Virus record (IMG/VR): IMGVR_UViG_3300029607_000014
Direction: 5' to 3' (one strand)
Length of the DNA: 45,069 nucleotides
Source of the DNA: a virus
The notes below the pieces were generated by a model that made no database searches, was not told the DNA's origin, and saw only the letters and a program-made list of their open reading frames with translations. The translations under genes were made by a program, and so were the position numbers. Shown here piece after piece: positions 33,301 through 41,579 of this stretch; within the stretch, counting starts at the first letter, position 1; each line of letters begins with the position of its first letter.

Positions 33301-34460
33301 GGGACTTTTATTTTCTCAATCTCTGTTCGGAGTTCTTCCAATGTCCTGTGTCCATATACCGCGTTTGTAACATCTCCACCAAAAGAGTGACCCAGCATTC
33401 GCTTCCGGTCGTTCTCCCGGACGCCGTATTTTTCGCACAGCGCAGAAAAGGTGTGTCGACAATCGTGCGGCGTGTGCTTCGGATCACCGACTATTCCTAA
33501 ACGTTCCAGTGTAGGATAGAACAACGCTTTTCTGTGATGCTGCTGAGTATACACGCATAATTTTCCATCTTGTGTCAGCACTTTCTGTTCGACAAAATGG
33601 TATATAGCGGGATGTATCGGGACAATTCTGTTTTTACCGGCTTTTGTTTTGATGCCGCCTTGAAAGTATCCTTCTTCTAAGTTGGTTGTAAGTTTTAACA
33701 CTTCACCGATTCTCCAGCCGGAGTAACACATAATAAGAATGAGCTGTACTTCTTGATTGTCGGTATTATTCCACAGCACTTGCATTTCCTGATCAGAAAA
33801 GGGCGTTCCATGTTCGGTGTCATTATCAGCATTGACATGGACATATAACGCCTTGTTTTCCGTTACAATTTCTGAGTAAACAGCATATTTATACATCTGC
33901 TTGAACAGCGTAAGAATCGCCATGAGACTCTGACGCTTTAACGGGCAGTCATCAATTACCTTTTGCAGATCAGGCGCTTTTAAATCCTCAAAGATACGAT
34001 TGTACAGAGTCGTACAGTTCGAGTAAGCGGTCTGGTAAGCTATTTTTGAACTATAAGAAAGTTTTGAACCCTCTGGAAATTTCCATGCGTAAAACTTCTT
34101 ATATACCTCTGAAAACGTCAATTTCTTGATTTCCGGGTGTTTATCCTCGACACCCTTGATTGTGTTGTAGTCAGCAATCAAACGAGTAACAAGGGTATCT
34201 ACGTCCGTTGTAGGTGATATCTCAAGGTCTCGTTCCATCCCTGGCTGATATGTTCCTGCCTTGTATGCGGTCAGTACAGTAAATCCTTTAATCCAGTCGT
34301 CTACATAGCAGATTGCAGGCGGTCGGACGGGCTTTCCGGTCTTTTCATCCAGCACTGCCGGAGGATGAACCGCAAACGGATTTCTGCGGTTGCCGCCCAG
34401 GTGCCGTATTGTTCCGAAACTGTTAGGGAGCTTCGGGTATTTCTTTCTTTTCTTCGCCAT
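33279..34460 (-). CDS. int: tyrosine integrase
   Basis: C-terminal catalytic pattern HDCRHTF...MLGH...VYGHRT; AGAGGGA RBS before internal ATG 34460. Confidence 0.9.
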   Translation of the reverse strand: MAKKRKKYPKLPNSFGTIRHLGGNRRNPFAVHPPAVLDEKTGKPVRPPAICYVDDWIKGFTVLTAYKAGTYQPGMERDLEISPTTDVDTLVTRLIADYNTIKGVEDKHPEIKKLTFSEVYKKFYAWKFPEGSKLSYSSKIAYQTAYSNCTTLYNRIFEDLKAPDLQKVIDDCPLKRQSLMAILTLFKQMYKYAVYSEIVTENKALYVHVNADNDTEHGTPFSDQEMQVLWNNTDNQEVQLILIMCYSGWRIGEVLKLTTNLEEGYFQGGIKTKAGKNRIVPIHPAIYHFVEQKVLTQDGKLCVYTQQHHRKALFYPTLERLGIVGDPKHTPHDCRHTFSALCEKYGVRENDRKRMLGHSFGGDVTNAVYGHRTLEELRTEIEKIKVPFVTNCD

Positions 34461-34631
34461 TTTTATTCCCTCTTTCTGTAGCTGTATTTTAGGTATAAAA
34501 ATAACAGCCGAACAAACTTTCTGACTTGCCCGACTGCTCCGAAGATGATACAATATGTTTTGCCAGAATATTACATTTCTTCGGAGATGTATAAACGCCA
34601 CCTCGGTACGCTAATGCCGGGGTGGTTTTTA

Positions 34632-34931
34632 TTAATTATGCGATTTCCAATTGACTCTCATTACAATTCCTACAATCCAATAAATTCCACCAGTGAAGAT
34701 TCCTAAAATGAAAATCCAAAACCAACTTAAATACCATGGCATTTTCCGTCTTATATATGGCGTACCTGAACTTGCCGCTGAGGACGCAGAGGAAGACGCA
34801 GAATTGTTAATGACGATGTCTCTGTTGTTAGAAGTCAACTGCTCTACTTGCTTTCCGCACTTAGGACACACTACGCAGTCGTCGTCGATAAGTTCTCCGC
34901 AGTGCTTACAATATTTTTTCTTTTCATTCAT
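34632..34931 (-). CDS. zinc-ribbon + two-TM membrane protein (lysogeny-module cargo)
   Basis: CKHCGELIDDDCVVCPKCG; Ser-rich linker; WYLSWFWIFILGIFTGGIYWIVGIVM. Confidence 0.65.
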   Translation of the reverse strand: MNEKKKYCKHCGELIDDDCVVCPKCGKQVEQLTSNNRDIVINNSASSSASSAASSGTPYIRRKMPWYLSWFWIFILGIFTGGIYWIVGIVMRVNWKSHN

Positions 34932-35160
34932 GATAAACACCCTCCCGATATGTTTTCACCACGTTTCGCACTTTTTATGCGGATTATGTATTTTGTACCG
35001 CTGATTTTGCAATATTATGTAAAGTAAGGTTATTCGTGGTATTTTTATTTTATCATTTTAAGAGCATATTGTAAAGATTTAGAATGAAATAGAGTGATTT
35101 AGATGAAAAAGAAATGTTTTTTTCTGTAAAATAGTGAGAGTTCATGTGTATCATTGGCAG

Positions 35161-35189
35161 TTGCCAAGAGTTGGAATAGGTGGTATAAT
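35161..35189 (+). promoter_or_regulatory. near-consensus sigma-A promoter
   Basis: TTGCCA-17 nt-TATAAT with TGg extended -10. Confidence 0.55.
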
Positions 35190-35278
35190 AGCAAAAGCGA
35201 ACTAATGTTCGGTTCTATTTCCCACAAGCCGGACATATACTGTAGTGTAGGCGGTAGTTGTGACAGGGAGGGTTGTTT

Positions 35279-35395
35279 ATGGATTATAAGAAAGAGATTA
35301 TTGAAATGATACAGAAAATACATAGTGAATCAATGATAAAATTTATTTACGGGTGCGTAAAAAGGGCTTATAAAGAAGAAAGGGCAGGAAAATAA
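35279..35395 (+). CDS. 38-aa hypothetical peptide (below ORF-track cutoff)
   Basis: GGGAGGG RBS 6 nt upstream; MDYKKEIIEMIQKIHSESMIKFIYGCVKRAYKEERAGK; followed by hairpin shared with the cI 3' end. Confidence 0.45.
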   Translation: MDYKKEIIEMIQKIHSESMIKFIYGCVKRAYKEERAGK

Positions 35396-35411
35396 TTCCT
35401 ACCCTTGTGCT

Positions 35412-35789
35412 TTAGAAAATAAACTTCTCAAAAAAATCACATAACAAATCTTTTTTATCGGGCGGCAGGTTATCGTATTCAAGAATGATTCTTTTGAAAC
35501 GAGGGTCTGACTGCTCGATTTTTGTAACTACATCTCCAAATTCAATATCAGGGTCTTGATTCTCTTTTAAATCTGTCAAATCTGACATTCTTATTCGGAA
35601 ATAATCGGCTAAGGCTCTAATCTTTCCGGTTCCCGGCATCGAATTACCTTTGCACCACATATTAAATGTAGATGCATTTGTTCCAATGGCTTCAGCAATT
35701 TCTTTTTGCTGCTTCCCACTTCTTGAAATGTACTTATTAAGATTATTCGAGAAGATCTTTTTCTGTTCTTCAGTTGTCATGGTTGTCAT
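35412..35789 (-). CDS. CI-like XRE-family repressor
   Basis: HTH SGKQQKEIAEAIGTNASTFNMWCKGNSMP; divergent from cro-like gene. Confidence 0.8.
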   Translation of the reverse strand: MTTMTTEEQKKIFSNNLNKYISRSGKQQKEIAEAIGTNASTFNMWCKGNSMPGTGKIRALADYFRIRMSDLTDLKENQDPDIEFGDVVTKIEQSDPRFKRIILEYDNLPPDKKDLLCDFFEKFIF

Positions 35790-35848
35790 GATTCTTTTCC
35801 TCCTTACATTTTGTATTGTACATCATATTTATAAAAAATTCAATAGTT

Positions 35849-35902
35849 AATTCAATTAATTTGAATTTTGGTGTTGACAATTCAATACGGTTGAATTATA
35901 AT
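35849..35902. promoter_or_regulatory. switch region: operators AATTCAA-N5-TTGAATT x2 overlapping consensus rightward promoter
   Basis: Palindromes 35849..35867 and 35879..35897; TTGACA (35874)-17-TATAAT (35897). Confidence 0.7.
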
Positions 35903-35933
35903 AAGCTCAGAAGTTAAGAAAGGAGATGAGCAA

Positions 35934-36137
35934 ATGCCAAAAATTTCATTAGAAGCTGTTCGAGTGAACGCAGGATGCAATCAGAAAGAATGGGCTGAAA
36001 TATTCGGTATTTCCAATGCAACTGTAGTTAATTGGGAAAAAGGAAAAACAGAGCCGACATTATCACAGCTCAGAAAAATGAGTGAGCTTTCTGGAATTCC
36101 TATGGACTTTATTTTTGTGCCAAATAACTTCAATTAA
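35934..36137 (+). CDS. Cro-like XRE-family HTH protein
   Basis: NQKEWAEIFGISNATVVNWEKGKTEP; GAAAGGAG RBS. Confidence 0.8.
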   Translation: MPKISLEAVRVNAGCNQKEWAEIFGISNATVVNWEKGKTEPTLSQLRKMSELSGIPMDFIFVPNNFN

Positions 36138-36166
36138 ATTGAATTATAAAAGAAGGGAGCGTATAG

Positions 36167-36715
36167 TTGAAACGTAAAGTATATGTCATGGATTGTGGCG
36201 ATTTTGTAAAAATCGGTGTCTCTGGAAATGTTGAACAGAGGTCAACACAGATTCCATACAAAGTAAATCAAATCTTTTCAACAGACGAGATAGAAGACGC
36301 TTTTAAATTAGAACGTGAAATGCACATGTTATTTGATGAAGATAGAGTTCCAGAGGCGCAAGGAAGAGAATATTTTAATGTTCCTTTTGATATTGCCATA
36401 TCTGAATTAAAGAAAAGAGCAGATGAACGAAAAAATGTAGAATCTGTAAAACCAATACCTAGAAAGTCACTTACTATCAGCGAAAAACAGAAAGTCATAC
36501 TCAAATTGATTCCGCTACTTAAATATGTTGATGATTTTGACCTCGGATACATGCTCGGCGTAGCAGAGGAGAAAAGCAAATCAAAAAACATGGAAGAATC
36601 TGAATATGATTTCCTGCAAGATGGTATCTCCTCTCTGTTATCCCTCAATGAGGATGATTTACGGATGACTTTGGGTTACGCAATCGCATTGAGGGATAAA
36701 GAACAAAGGAGGTGA
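36167..36715 (+). CDS. T5orf172 (GIY-YIG-like) domain protein
   Basis: VYVMDCGDFVKIGVSGNVEQRSTQI...EREMHMLF...GREYFNV; TTG start after AAGGGAG. Confidence 0.6.
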   Translation: MKRKVYVMDCGDFVKIGVSGNVEQRSTQIPYKVNQIFSTDEIEDAFKLEREMHMLFDEDRVPEAQGREYFNVPFDIAISELKKRADERKNVESVKPIPRKSLTISEKQKVILKLIPLLKYVDDFDLGYMLGVAEEKSKSKNMEESEYDFLQDGISSLLSLNEDDLRMTLGYAIALRDKEQRR

Positions 36716-36725
36716 AAAAAAAACA

Positions 36726-37085
36726 GTGAAGCGCAAGAAAAAAGAAATCGACAAAACAATTTCTGACCTGTGGAATCGTATCTGGGATTTGCAAGACCAG
36801 ACAAACAAAATCAAGAAAGCAGTTCTGACAGGTGAAAAAGGTGATTTAAAGATGCCAGAAAGAAGGATTGTTCCTCCAGATGAGCCTATTCCGTTTGGCG
36901 GGGCAGTAGATATGGACTGTATCTTTGAGAAAGAACCATGTGAACAGGTAGACGTTGAATTTACAGTGAAAGAAACTTTGCAAATGTATTCACATTATGT
37001 AGATTCATTGTCTACCGATACACATGTATTGGGAGTTATTGCAATAGTTTCTCTAATAATTGCAATAGTGGCTCTGCTTGTATAG
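36726..37085 (+). CDS. hypothetical protein with C-terminal TM helix
   Basis: GTG start uncertain; VLGVIAIVSLIIAIVALLV tail. Confidence 0.4.
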   Translation: MKRKKKEIDKTISDLWNRIWDLQDQTNKIKKAVLTGEKGDLKMPERRIVPPDEPIPFGGAVDMDCIFEKEPCEQVDVEFTVKETLQMYSHYVDSLSTDTHVLGVIAIVSLIIAIVALLV

Positions 37086-37347
37086 AAATTGAGAAAAGAC
37101 TGGTAATCAGCGCAATGATTGACAGAATAGTTGTTATCCAAAATCTGGATATATCTTGAAAATATGCTTTCATGGCGACTTCACCCGCTTGTGTGATTTC
37201 ATATGCGTGGTCTTGCGACCTTGAACGCATAAAGCACTTTTTACTGAAAAGGTATCTGCAAGCATCTGCTTCACGCTGATTACTAGGTGTAAATCCAAAA
37301 TTTCTTAAAGCTTTTTTCAATATTTTATATTGATATCTTGTTATCAA
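37036..37347 (-). CDS. opposite-strand hypothetical membrane-anchored protein (103 aa)
   Basis: AAGGAGG 6 nt before TTG 37347; TGaTATACT extended -10 upstream; C-terminal TM FWITTILSIIALITSLF. Confidence 0.45.
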   Translation of the reverse strand: MITRYQYKILKKALRNFGFTPSNQREADACRYLFSKKCFMRSRSQDHAYEITQAGEVAMKAYFQDISRFWITTILSIIALITSLFSISIQAEPLLQLLEKLLQ

Positions 37348-37396
37348 ATGAACACCTCCTTTGCAGGAGAGTATATCACAAGAAAGGAGTGAGCGC

Positions 37397-37555
37397 ATGT
37401 CTGAAAAAGAAAAAAGAATCGTTGAAAAGCTGAAAAACGCGATTCCTAATATGTCAGAATTTGACAAAGGATATATTCTCGGTAAGACGGAAAGCTTTTC
37501 CGAGAATAATCTGGAGAAAAAATCAGATAAGAAAGAAGTAGTTAATTCAAATTAG
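37397..37555 (+). CDS. hypothetical small protein (52 aa)
   Basis: AAAGGAG RBS before ATG 37397. Confidence 0.45.
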   Translation: MSEKEKRIVEKLKNAIPNMSEFDKGYILGKTESFSENNLEKKSDKKEVVNSN

Positions 37556-37566
37556 AAAGGAGAAAC

Positions 37567-38259
37567 ATGAACGAATTACAGATTTTTAATTCAGAAGAGT
37601 TCGGGGACATCCGAACAGCAGAAATTGACGGGAAACCGTATTTTGTTGGAGCTGACGTTGCGAAAGCTCTTGGCTACAAGGACACGGTTAATGCACTTAA
37701 ACAGCATTGCCGTGGGGTGGTAAAACACCACCTCACAGATTCTCTCGGCAGGAATCAGGAAGCGAGTTTCATAACAGAGGGAGATTTGTACCGCTTGATT
37801 ATGAAATCGAAACTTCCATCGGCAGAGAAATTCGAATCATGGGTTATGGATGAAGTTCTTCCAACAATCAGAAAGACAGGCTCATACCAGAAGCCACTGA
37901 CGACAGTTGAACAGATACAGGTTATTGCGACAGGATTCTTAGATCACGAAGAGCGGCTTAACAGACTTGAAAATACTATGACTATTGACTACGCACAGCA
38001 GGAATCTATTAGAGACTTAGTGTCAAGTGTCGTAATTGCTCACCTTGGTGGGAAAGAGTCAAATGCTTACAAGGAAATTGGCAAGAAAGTATTTGCTGAA
38101 TGCAACAGGGATATAAAGACTTACTTCGCAGTAAACGCCCGTAATAACATCCCTAAGCTGAGATTTAAAGAATCTATGGAATATGTCAGAAATTGGCATC
38201 CATGCACCAATACAGTAATGTGCATCAGGGACTGCAATGCTCAAATGTGTATTGAGTAG
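37567..38259 (+). CDS. antirepressor (BRO-N/ORF6N N-terminal domain)
   Basis: LQIFNSEEFGDIRTAEIDGKPYFVGADVAKALGY...DLYRLIMKSKLPSAEKFESWVMDEVLPTIRKTGSY. Confidence 0.85.
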   Translation: MNELQIFNSEEFGDIRTAEIDGKPYFVGADVAKALGYKDTVNALKQHCRGVVKHHLTDSLGRNQEASFITEGDLYRLIMKSKLPSAEKFESWVMDEVLPTIRKTGSYQKPLTTVEQIQVIATGFLDHEERLNRLENTMTIDYAQQESIRDLVSSVVIAHLGGKESNAYKEIGKKVFAECNRDIKTYFAVNARNNIPKLRFKESMEYVRNWHPCTNTVMCIRDCNAQMCIE

Positions 38260-38271
38260 AAAGGAGCATAA

Positions 38272-38592
38272 ATGGACGCATTACAATTTAATAAAGCCGT
38301 CAGCCAGCACTGCAAAGAATCTGGTGGAGACTGTTGCAAATGTGACCTACGGCTTTACTGTTACCTATCGCCAAGTGAGCGACCAGATGAGTTAGTAAGC
38401 CTGGTTATTGATTTTTTGCATAACCACATTGAAAACCATGGTCATTATACCCATCACAGTGCGGCTTCATTTCCGTGTATTGATGATATGGACATGAGCA
38501 CCGCAGTAGGCGGCGACTGTTACCAGAAACCTCATACTCTTCATAAACAGTCACATGCTTGTGAATCTTGTGGCAGTGATACAGTCGAGTGA
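38272..38592 (+). CDS. Cys/His-rich hypothetical protein (106 aa)
   Basis: GAAAGGAG RBS. Confidence 0.55.
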   Translation: MDALQFNKAVSQHCKESGGDCCKCDLRLYCYLSPSERPDELVSLVIDFLHNHIENHGHYTHHSAASFPCIDDMDMSTAVGGDCYQKPHTLHKQSHACESCGSDTVE

Positions 38593-38693
38593 TTGTTTCA
38601 ACCATATAATTCCCCTTTCGTTATACTCGGCATGTCGGTGCCTGTAAAAGCATTATAGGTAGAGGGGAAAGGAAATACAATAGGTGATAAATA

Positions 38694-38816
38694 ATGGGAG
38701 CAAATAATTTTACGCATTTTACCGGAAAGAAATCTCCATTCAAAACTCAAAAGAGAAAGAAGAAAGCAAAGGTAAAAAAAATTCATAAAAACAAATATGA
38801 AAGGAGCATGAAATGA
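38694..38816 (+). CDS. 40-aa highly basic peptide (below ORF-track cutoff)
   Basis: AGGTGA RBS; ...KTQKRKKKAKVKKIHKNKYERSMK; stop overlaps next start. Confidence 0.3.
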   Translation: MGANNFTHFTGKKSPFKTQKRKKKAKVKKIHKNKYERSMK

Positions 38817-39142
38817 GTGAAGTTGATACTTACATCAAAGAAAATGCAGAAGTTCATCAGTTCGCCGCAGAAGTGGCAAGAATCATATCTGGCATTCCAC
38901 AGATGCCAGAGTTTTCAAACGAACGCCTGACAGTATCAGATGTGAGCAAAATGACAGGCATTCCTACGCCATCTGTCAGAGCAGGAATCATCTATGGATG
39001 GTTGCCTATCGGTACGGCGTATCGTGGGAATAAAGTGATTCACGACAGAAAAGGTTCTGGAAGAATAGAATTTGTTATCTCTCCAAGAAAACTCTGGGAA
39101 GAAACAGGATATGTCTGGAGAGGGAAAGAAGCATTAAAGTGA
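38813..39142 (+). CDS. hypothetical HTH-like protein (possible excisionase/regulator)
   Basis: LTVSDVSKMTGIPTPSVRAGIIYGWLPIG resembles MerR/Xis-type HTH. Confidence 0.45.
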   Translation: MSEVDTYIKENAEVHQFAAEVARIISGIPQMPEFSNERLTVSDVSKMTGIPTPSVRAGIIYGWLPIGTAYRGNKVIHDRKGSGRIEFVISPRKLWEETGYVWRGKEALK

Positions 39143-39271
39143 TAGTGCCCCGGCGGTGAAGCCCCACCAACCGGAGCGTTGCACTTACTAATCTACGCTT
39201 AGTAGGTACAGGTTAATTATAACTTCGTATCTGCTAATTGTAAATACCAAAAAAGGAGAAATTAGCACGAT

Positions 39272-39457
39272 ATGAGCAGAAATAGCACAAATAAATGTGA
39301 AAATGTTCCGACATGGGACGAACTTGAGTTCATTCTTGCGACAGAAATTGTCGAAGAAAGTAGAAAAAAAGCAAGAAAATGGTTCACGGCATGGATTGTG
39401 ACCGCAGCCGCACTGGTAGCAAGCAATCTGGCGTGGATTATGGGAGAAATGAAATGA
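39272..39457 (+). CDS. small membrane protein (61 aa)
   Basis: WFTAWIVTAAALVASNLAWIMG TM. Confidence 0.5.
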   Translation: MSRNSTNKCENVPTWDELEFILATEIVEESRKKARKWFTAWIVTAAALVASNLAWIMGEMK

Positions 39458-39585
39458 AAGAGTATGCGCTGATTGCTGTTTGTATGCTTGCCGGGAAATA
39501 TGTCGATGTGCCTATCTGGCTGAACATCTTTTTTGGCATCTCGGCAGCATGGGCGGTGCGCCAGATGAAAGCAGACTGGCAGTAG
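39454..39585 (+). CDS. small membrane protein (43 aa)
   Basis: ATGA coupling; two hydrophobic segments. Confidence 0.45.
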   Translation: MKEYALIAVCMLAGKYVDVPIWLNIFFGISAAWAVRQMKADWQ

Positions 39586-39605
39586 GAAATAAGGAGGATA
39601 AAGAA

Positions 39606-39887
39606 ATGTTCGAGAAAGAAATTGACGAAATTTATGGACTCTGTAAAAGAGTTGTGAATGAAGTTCCGACAGCAAATGCCTCGTTCAATTATTCAATTTA
39701 TGGCATGAGCGTATGTGGACTTAGAAGAAAGGAAGATGTTAGTCTTCCCGAAGACAAATTTAAATGGGATTTGTATCAGAATGTATCTTTTAATCCGTTT
39801 TACGAAAAAGAAAGTCGTGAAAGTCTCAAAATAATCAAAGCTTTCTTGCTGGAACTTCTGATAGATGGGAAGTGTCCAAATGAGTAA
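39606..39887 (+). CDS. hypothetical protein (93 aa)
   Basis: AAGGAGGA RBS before ATG 39606. Confidence 0.55.
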   Translation: MFEKEIDEIYGLCKRVVNEVPTANASFNYSIYGMSVCGLRRKEDVSLPEDKFKWDLYQNVSFNPFYEKESRESLKIIKAFLLELLIDGKCPNE

Positions 39888-40077
39888 GCAGATAGCGATT
39901 ATGAAACTTCTTCCCAGTCTGGAGATAGCAGGATGCATTAACGAATTGCTCAGAGAGCTTCAGTCCAGAGGGGATCACATTTTGGATTATGAGAACTGTG
40001 ACATGTCTCTGGATCATATCGAATGTCATGAGACGGATACATTGTATTGTTTCTTTAAAAGAGAGGAGAAAAGATAA
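39880..40077 (+). CDS. hypothetical protein (65 aa)
   Basis: Overlaps upstream stop; operon context. Confidence 0.45.
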   Translation: MSKQIAIMKLLPSLEIAGCINELLRELQSRGDHILDYENCDMSLDHIECHETDTLYCFFKREEKR

Positions 40078-40538
40078 TGAAATTGTACGAAATTGATAAC
40101 GCAATTATGGATTGTGTAGACATGGAAACAGGAGAAATCATTGACGTTGAGAGGCTTTCTGCTCTTCAGATGGAAAGAGATCAGAAGATTGAGGGTATCG
40201 GTTGTTGGATTAAAAATCTTCTGTCAGATGCAAAAGCCTTAAAAGAAGAAAAAGATAACCTTGCAGCACGTCAAAAAGTTGCTGAGAACAAAGCAGCTTC
40301 ATTAAAAGAATTTCTTTCAAAATATCTGGACGGTGAGAAATTTAAGACTGCAAAGGTATCAATTTCTTACAGAAAAAGTGATTCTGTAGATATTTCAGCG
40401 AATGCAACTGTTCCTGAGGAGTTCCTTAAATATGCAGAGCCTACACCTGACAAAATCGGATTGAAAGCTGCATTGAAAGCCGGAAAAGAATTTCCGGGAA
40501 TTTCACTAAAAACTTCTCAGAATATTCAGATTAAGTAG
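40077..40538 (+). CDS. siphovirus Gp157-family protein
   Basis: MKLYEI...AIMDCVDMETGEI..., coiled middle, ...KVSISYRKSDSVDI pattern of Gp157-like proteins. Confidence 0.7.
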   Translation: MKLYEIDNAIMDCVDMETGEIIDVERLSALQMERDQKIEGIGCWIKNLLSDAKALKEEKDNLAARQKVAENKAASLKEFLSKYLDGEKFKTAKVSISYRKSDSVDISANATVPEEFLKYAEPTPDKIGLKAALKAGKEFPGISLKTSQNIQIK

Positions 40539-40547
40539 GAGAGCGCT

Positions 40548-40748
40548 ATGAGTGATTTTGAAATCCATATTTCGGCAAGGAAGAAGCAGGCAATAGCCGA
40601 AAAAGACGCAGCAGTAAAAGTAACAGGCGAGGCGTATAATGCGCTGACAGAAATTTACAATGAAAGTACATTATCAATGCGCCAGATCGCGAGCATTCTG
40701 ATTATAGAAGGAAGCAAACATATTGTTTATGACAAGGTGGGGTGTTAG
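40548..40748 (+). CDS. hypothetical protein (66 aa)
   Basis: TAGGAGAG RBS. Confidence 0.5.
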   Translation: MSDFEIHISARKKQAIAEKDAAVKVTGEAYNALTEIYNESTLSMRQIASILIIEGSKHIVYDKVGC

Positions 40749-40750
40749 CT

Positions 40751-41392
40751 ATGGCAAATTTAATCGGCATTATGGGTGAACCCGGAAGTGGTAAAAGTAC
40801 ATCCCTTCGCAATCTCAATCCAGAAGAAACTTATTACTGTGATTGCGATGGGAAAGGACTGAATTGGAAAGGGTGGAGAGATCAGTATTCCGTTGATAAG
40901 AACAATTATGTAAAAACCAGTTTTCCACAGACTATAGTCAAATATCTTTTAAACATTGCAGAAAAAGCACCACATATCCATTATTTCGTTGTTGATACCG
41001 TAAATAACTTAATGGTATCAGACGAAATGAGAAGATGCAAAGAGAAAGGCTATGACAAGTGGATGGACCTCGCCTCGAGCATCTGGGACTTGGTAGATAT
41101 TCCGTCAAAGCTCAGAGATGATCTGACAGTGATCCTGCTGTTCCACACGCAAACAGAAATGACTGACGCAGGATATGAGTTTACCAGAATCAAAACCAAT
41201 GGAAGAAAGACTGAGAAAAACAACATCGACAGTAAGTTTAACTGGTTGCTCAGATCAATGAAGCAGGAGAACACCTATTGTTTTTCAACCACTTCTCATA
41301 ATGACACCGCAAGAACGCCACTGGGAGCATTTGAAGAGGAATATATTCCGAATGATATTGTGAAGGTCATTGAAGTTATGAAGGAGTTTTGA
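40751..41392 (+). CDS. Sak4-like AAA/RecA-fold ATPase
   Basis: Walker A GEPGSGKST near N-terminus; Walker B-like YFVVDTV; typical partner of Gp157 and SSB-like gene. Confidence 0.75.
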   Translation: MANLIGIMGEPGSGKSTSLRNLNPEETYYCDCDGKGLNWKGWRDQYSVDKNNYVKTSFPQTIVKYLLNIAEKAPHIHYFVVDTVNNLMVSDEMRRCKEKGYDKWMDLASSIWDLVDIPSKLRDDLTVILLFHTQTEMTDAGYEFTRIKTNGRKTEKNNIDSKFNWLLRSMKQENTYCFSTTSHNDTARTPLGAFEEEYIPNDIVKVIEVMKEF

Positions 41393-41574
41393 TGAGAGAA
41401 CAAAACTGGTATGTATTTTTAATAGGCCGGTACGCCTATCGGATAAGATGCGAATCGTATTATATCCGTCAATTATACCGTGATAAAGCAATTCGTGAGT
41501 ACAGGAAATGTGCGAGCAAAGAAGAAGCCATTTCTATGTGCTATGACTATAACAAATATTTTAAAAGGAGATAA
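41389..41574 (+). CDS. hypothetical protein (61 aa)
   Basis: ATGA coupling. Confidence 0.45.
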   Translation: MMREQNWYVFLIGRYAYRIRCESYYIRQLYRDKAIREYRKCASKEEAISMCYDYNKYFKRR

Positions 41575-41579
41575 AAAAC

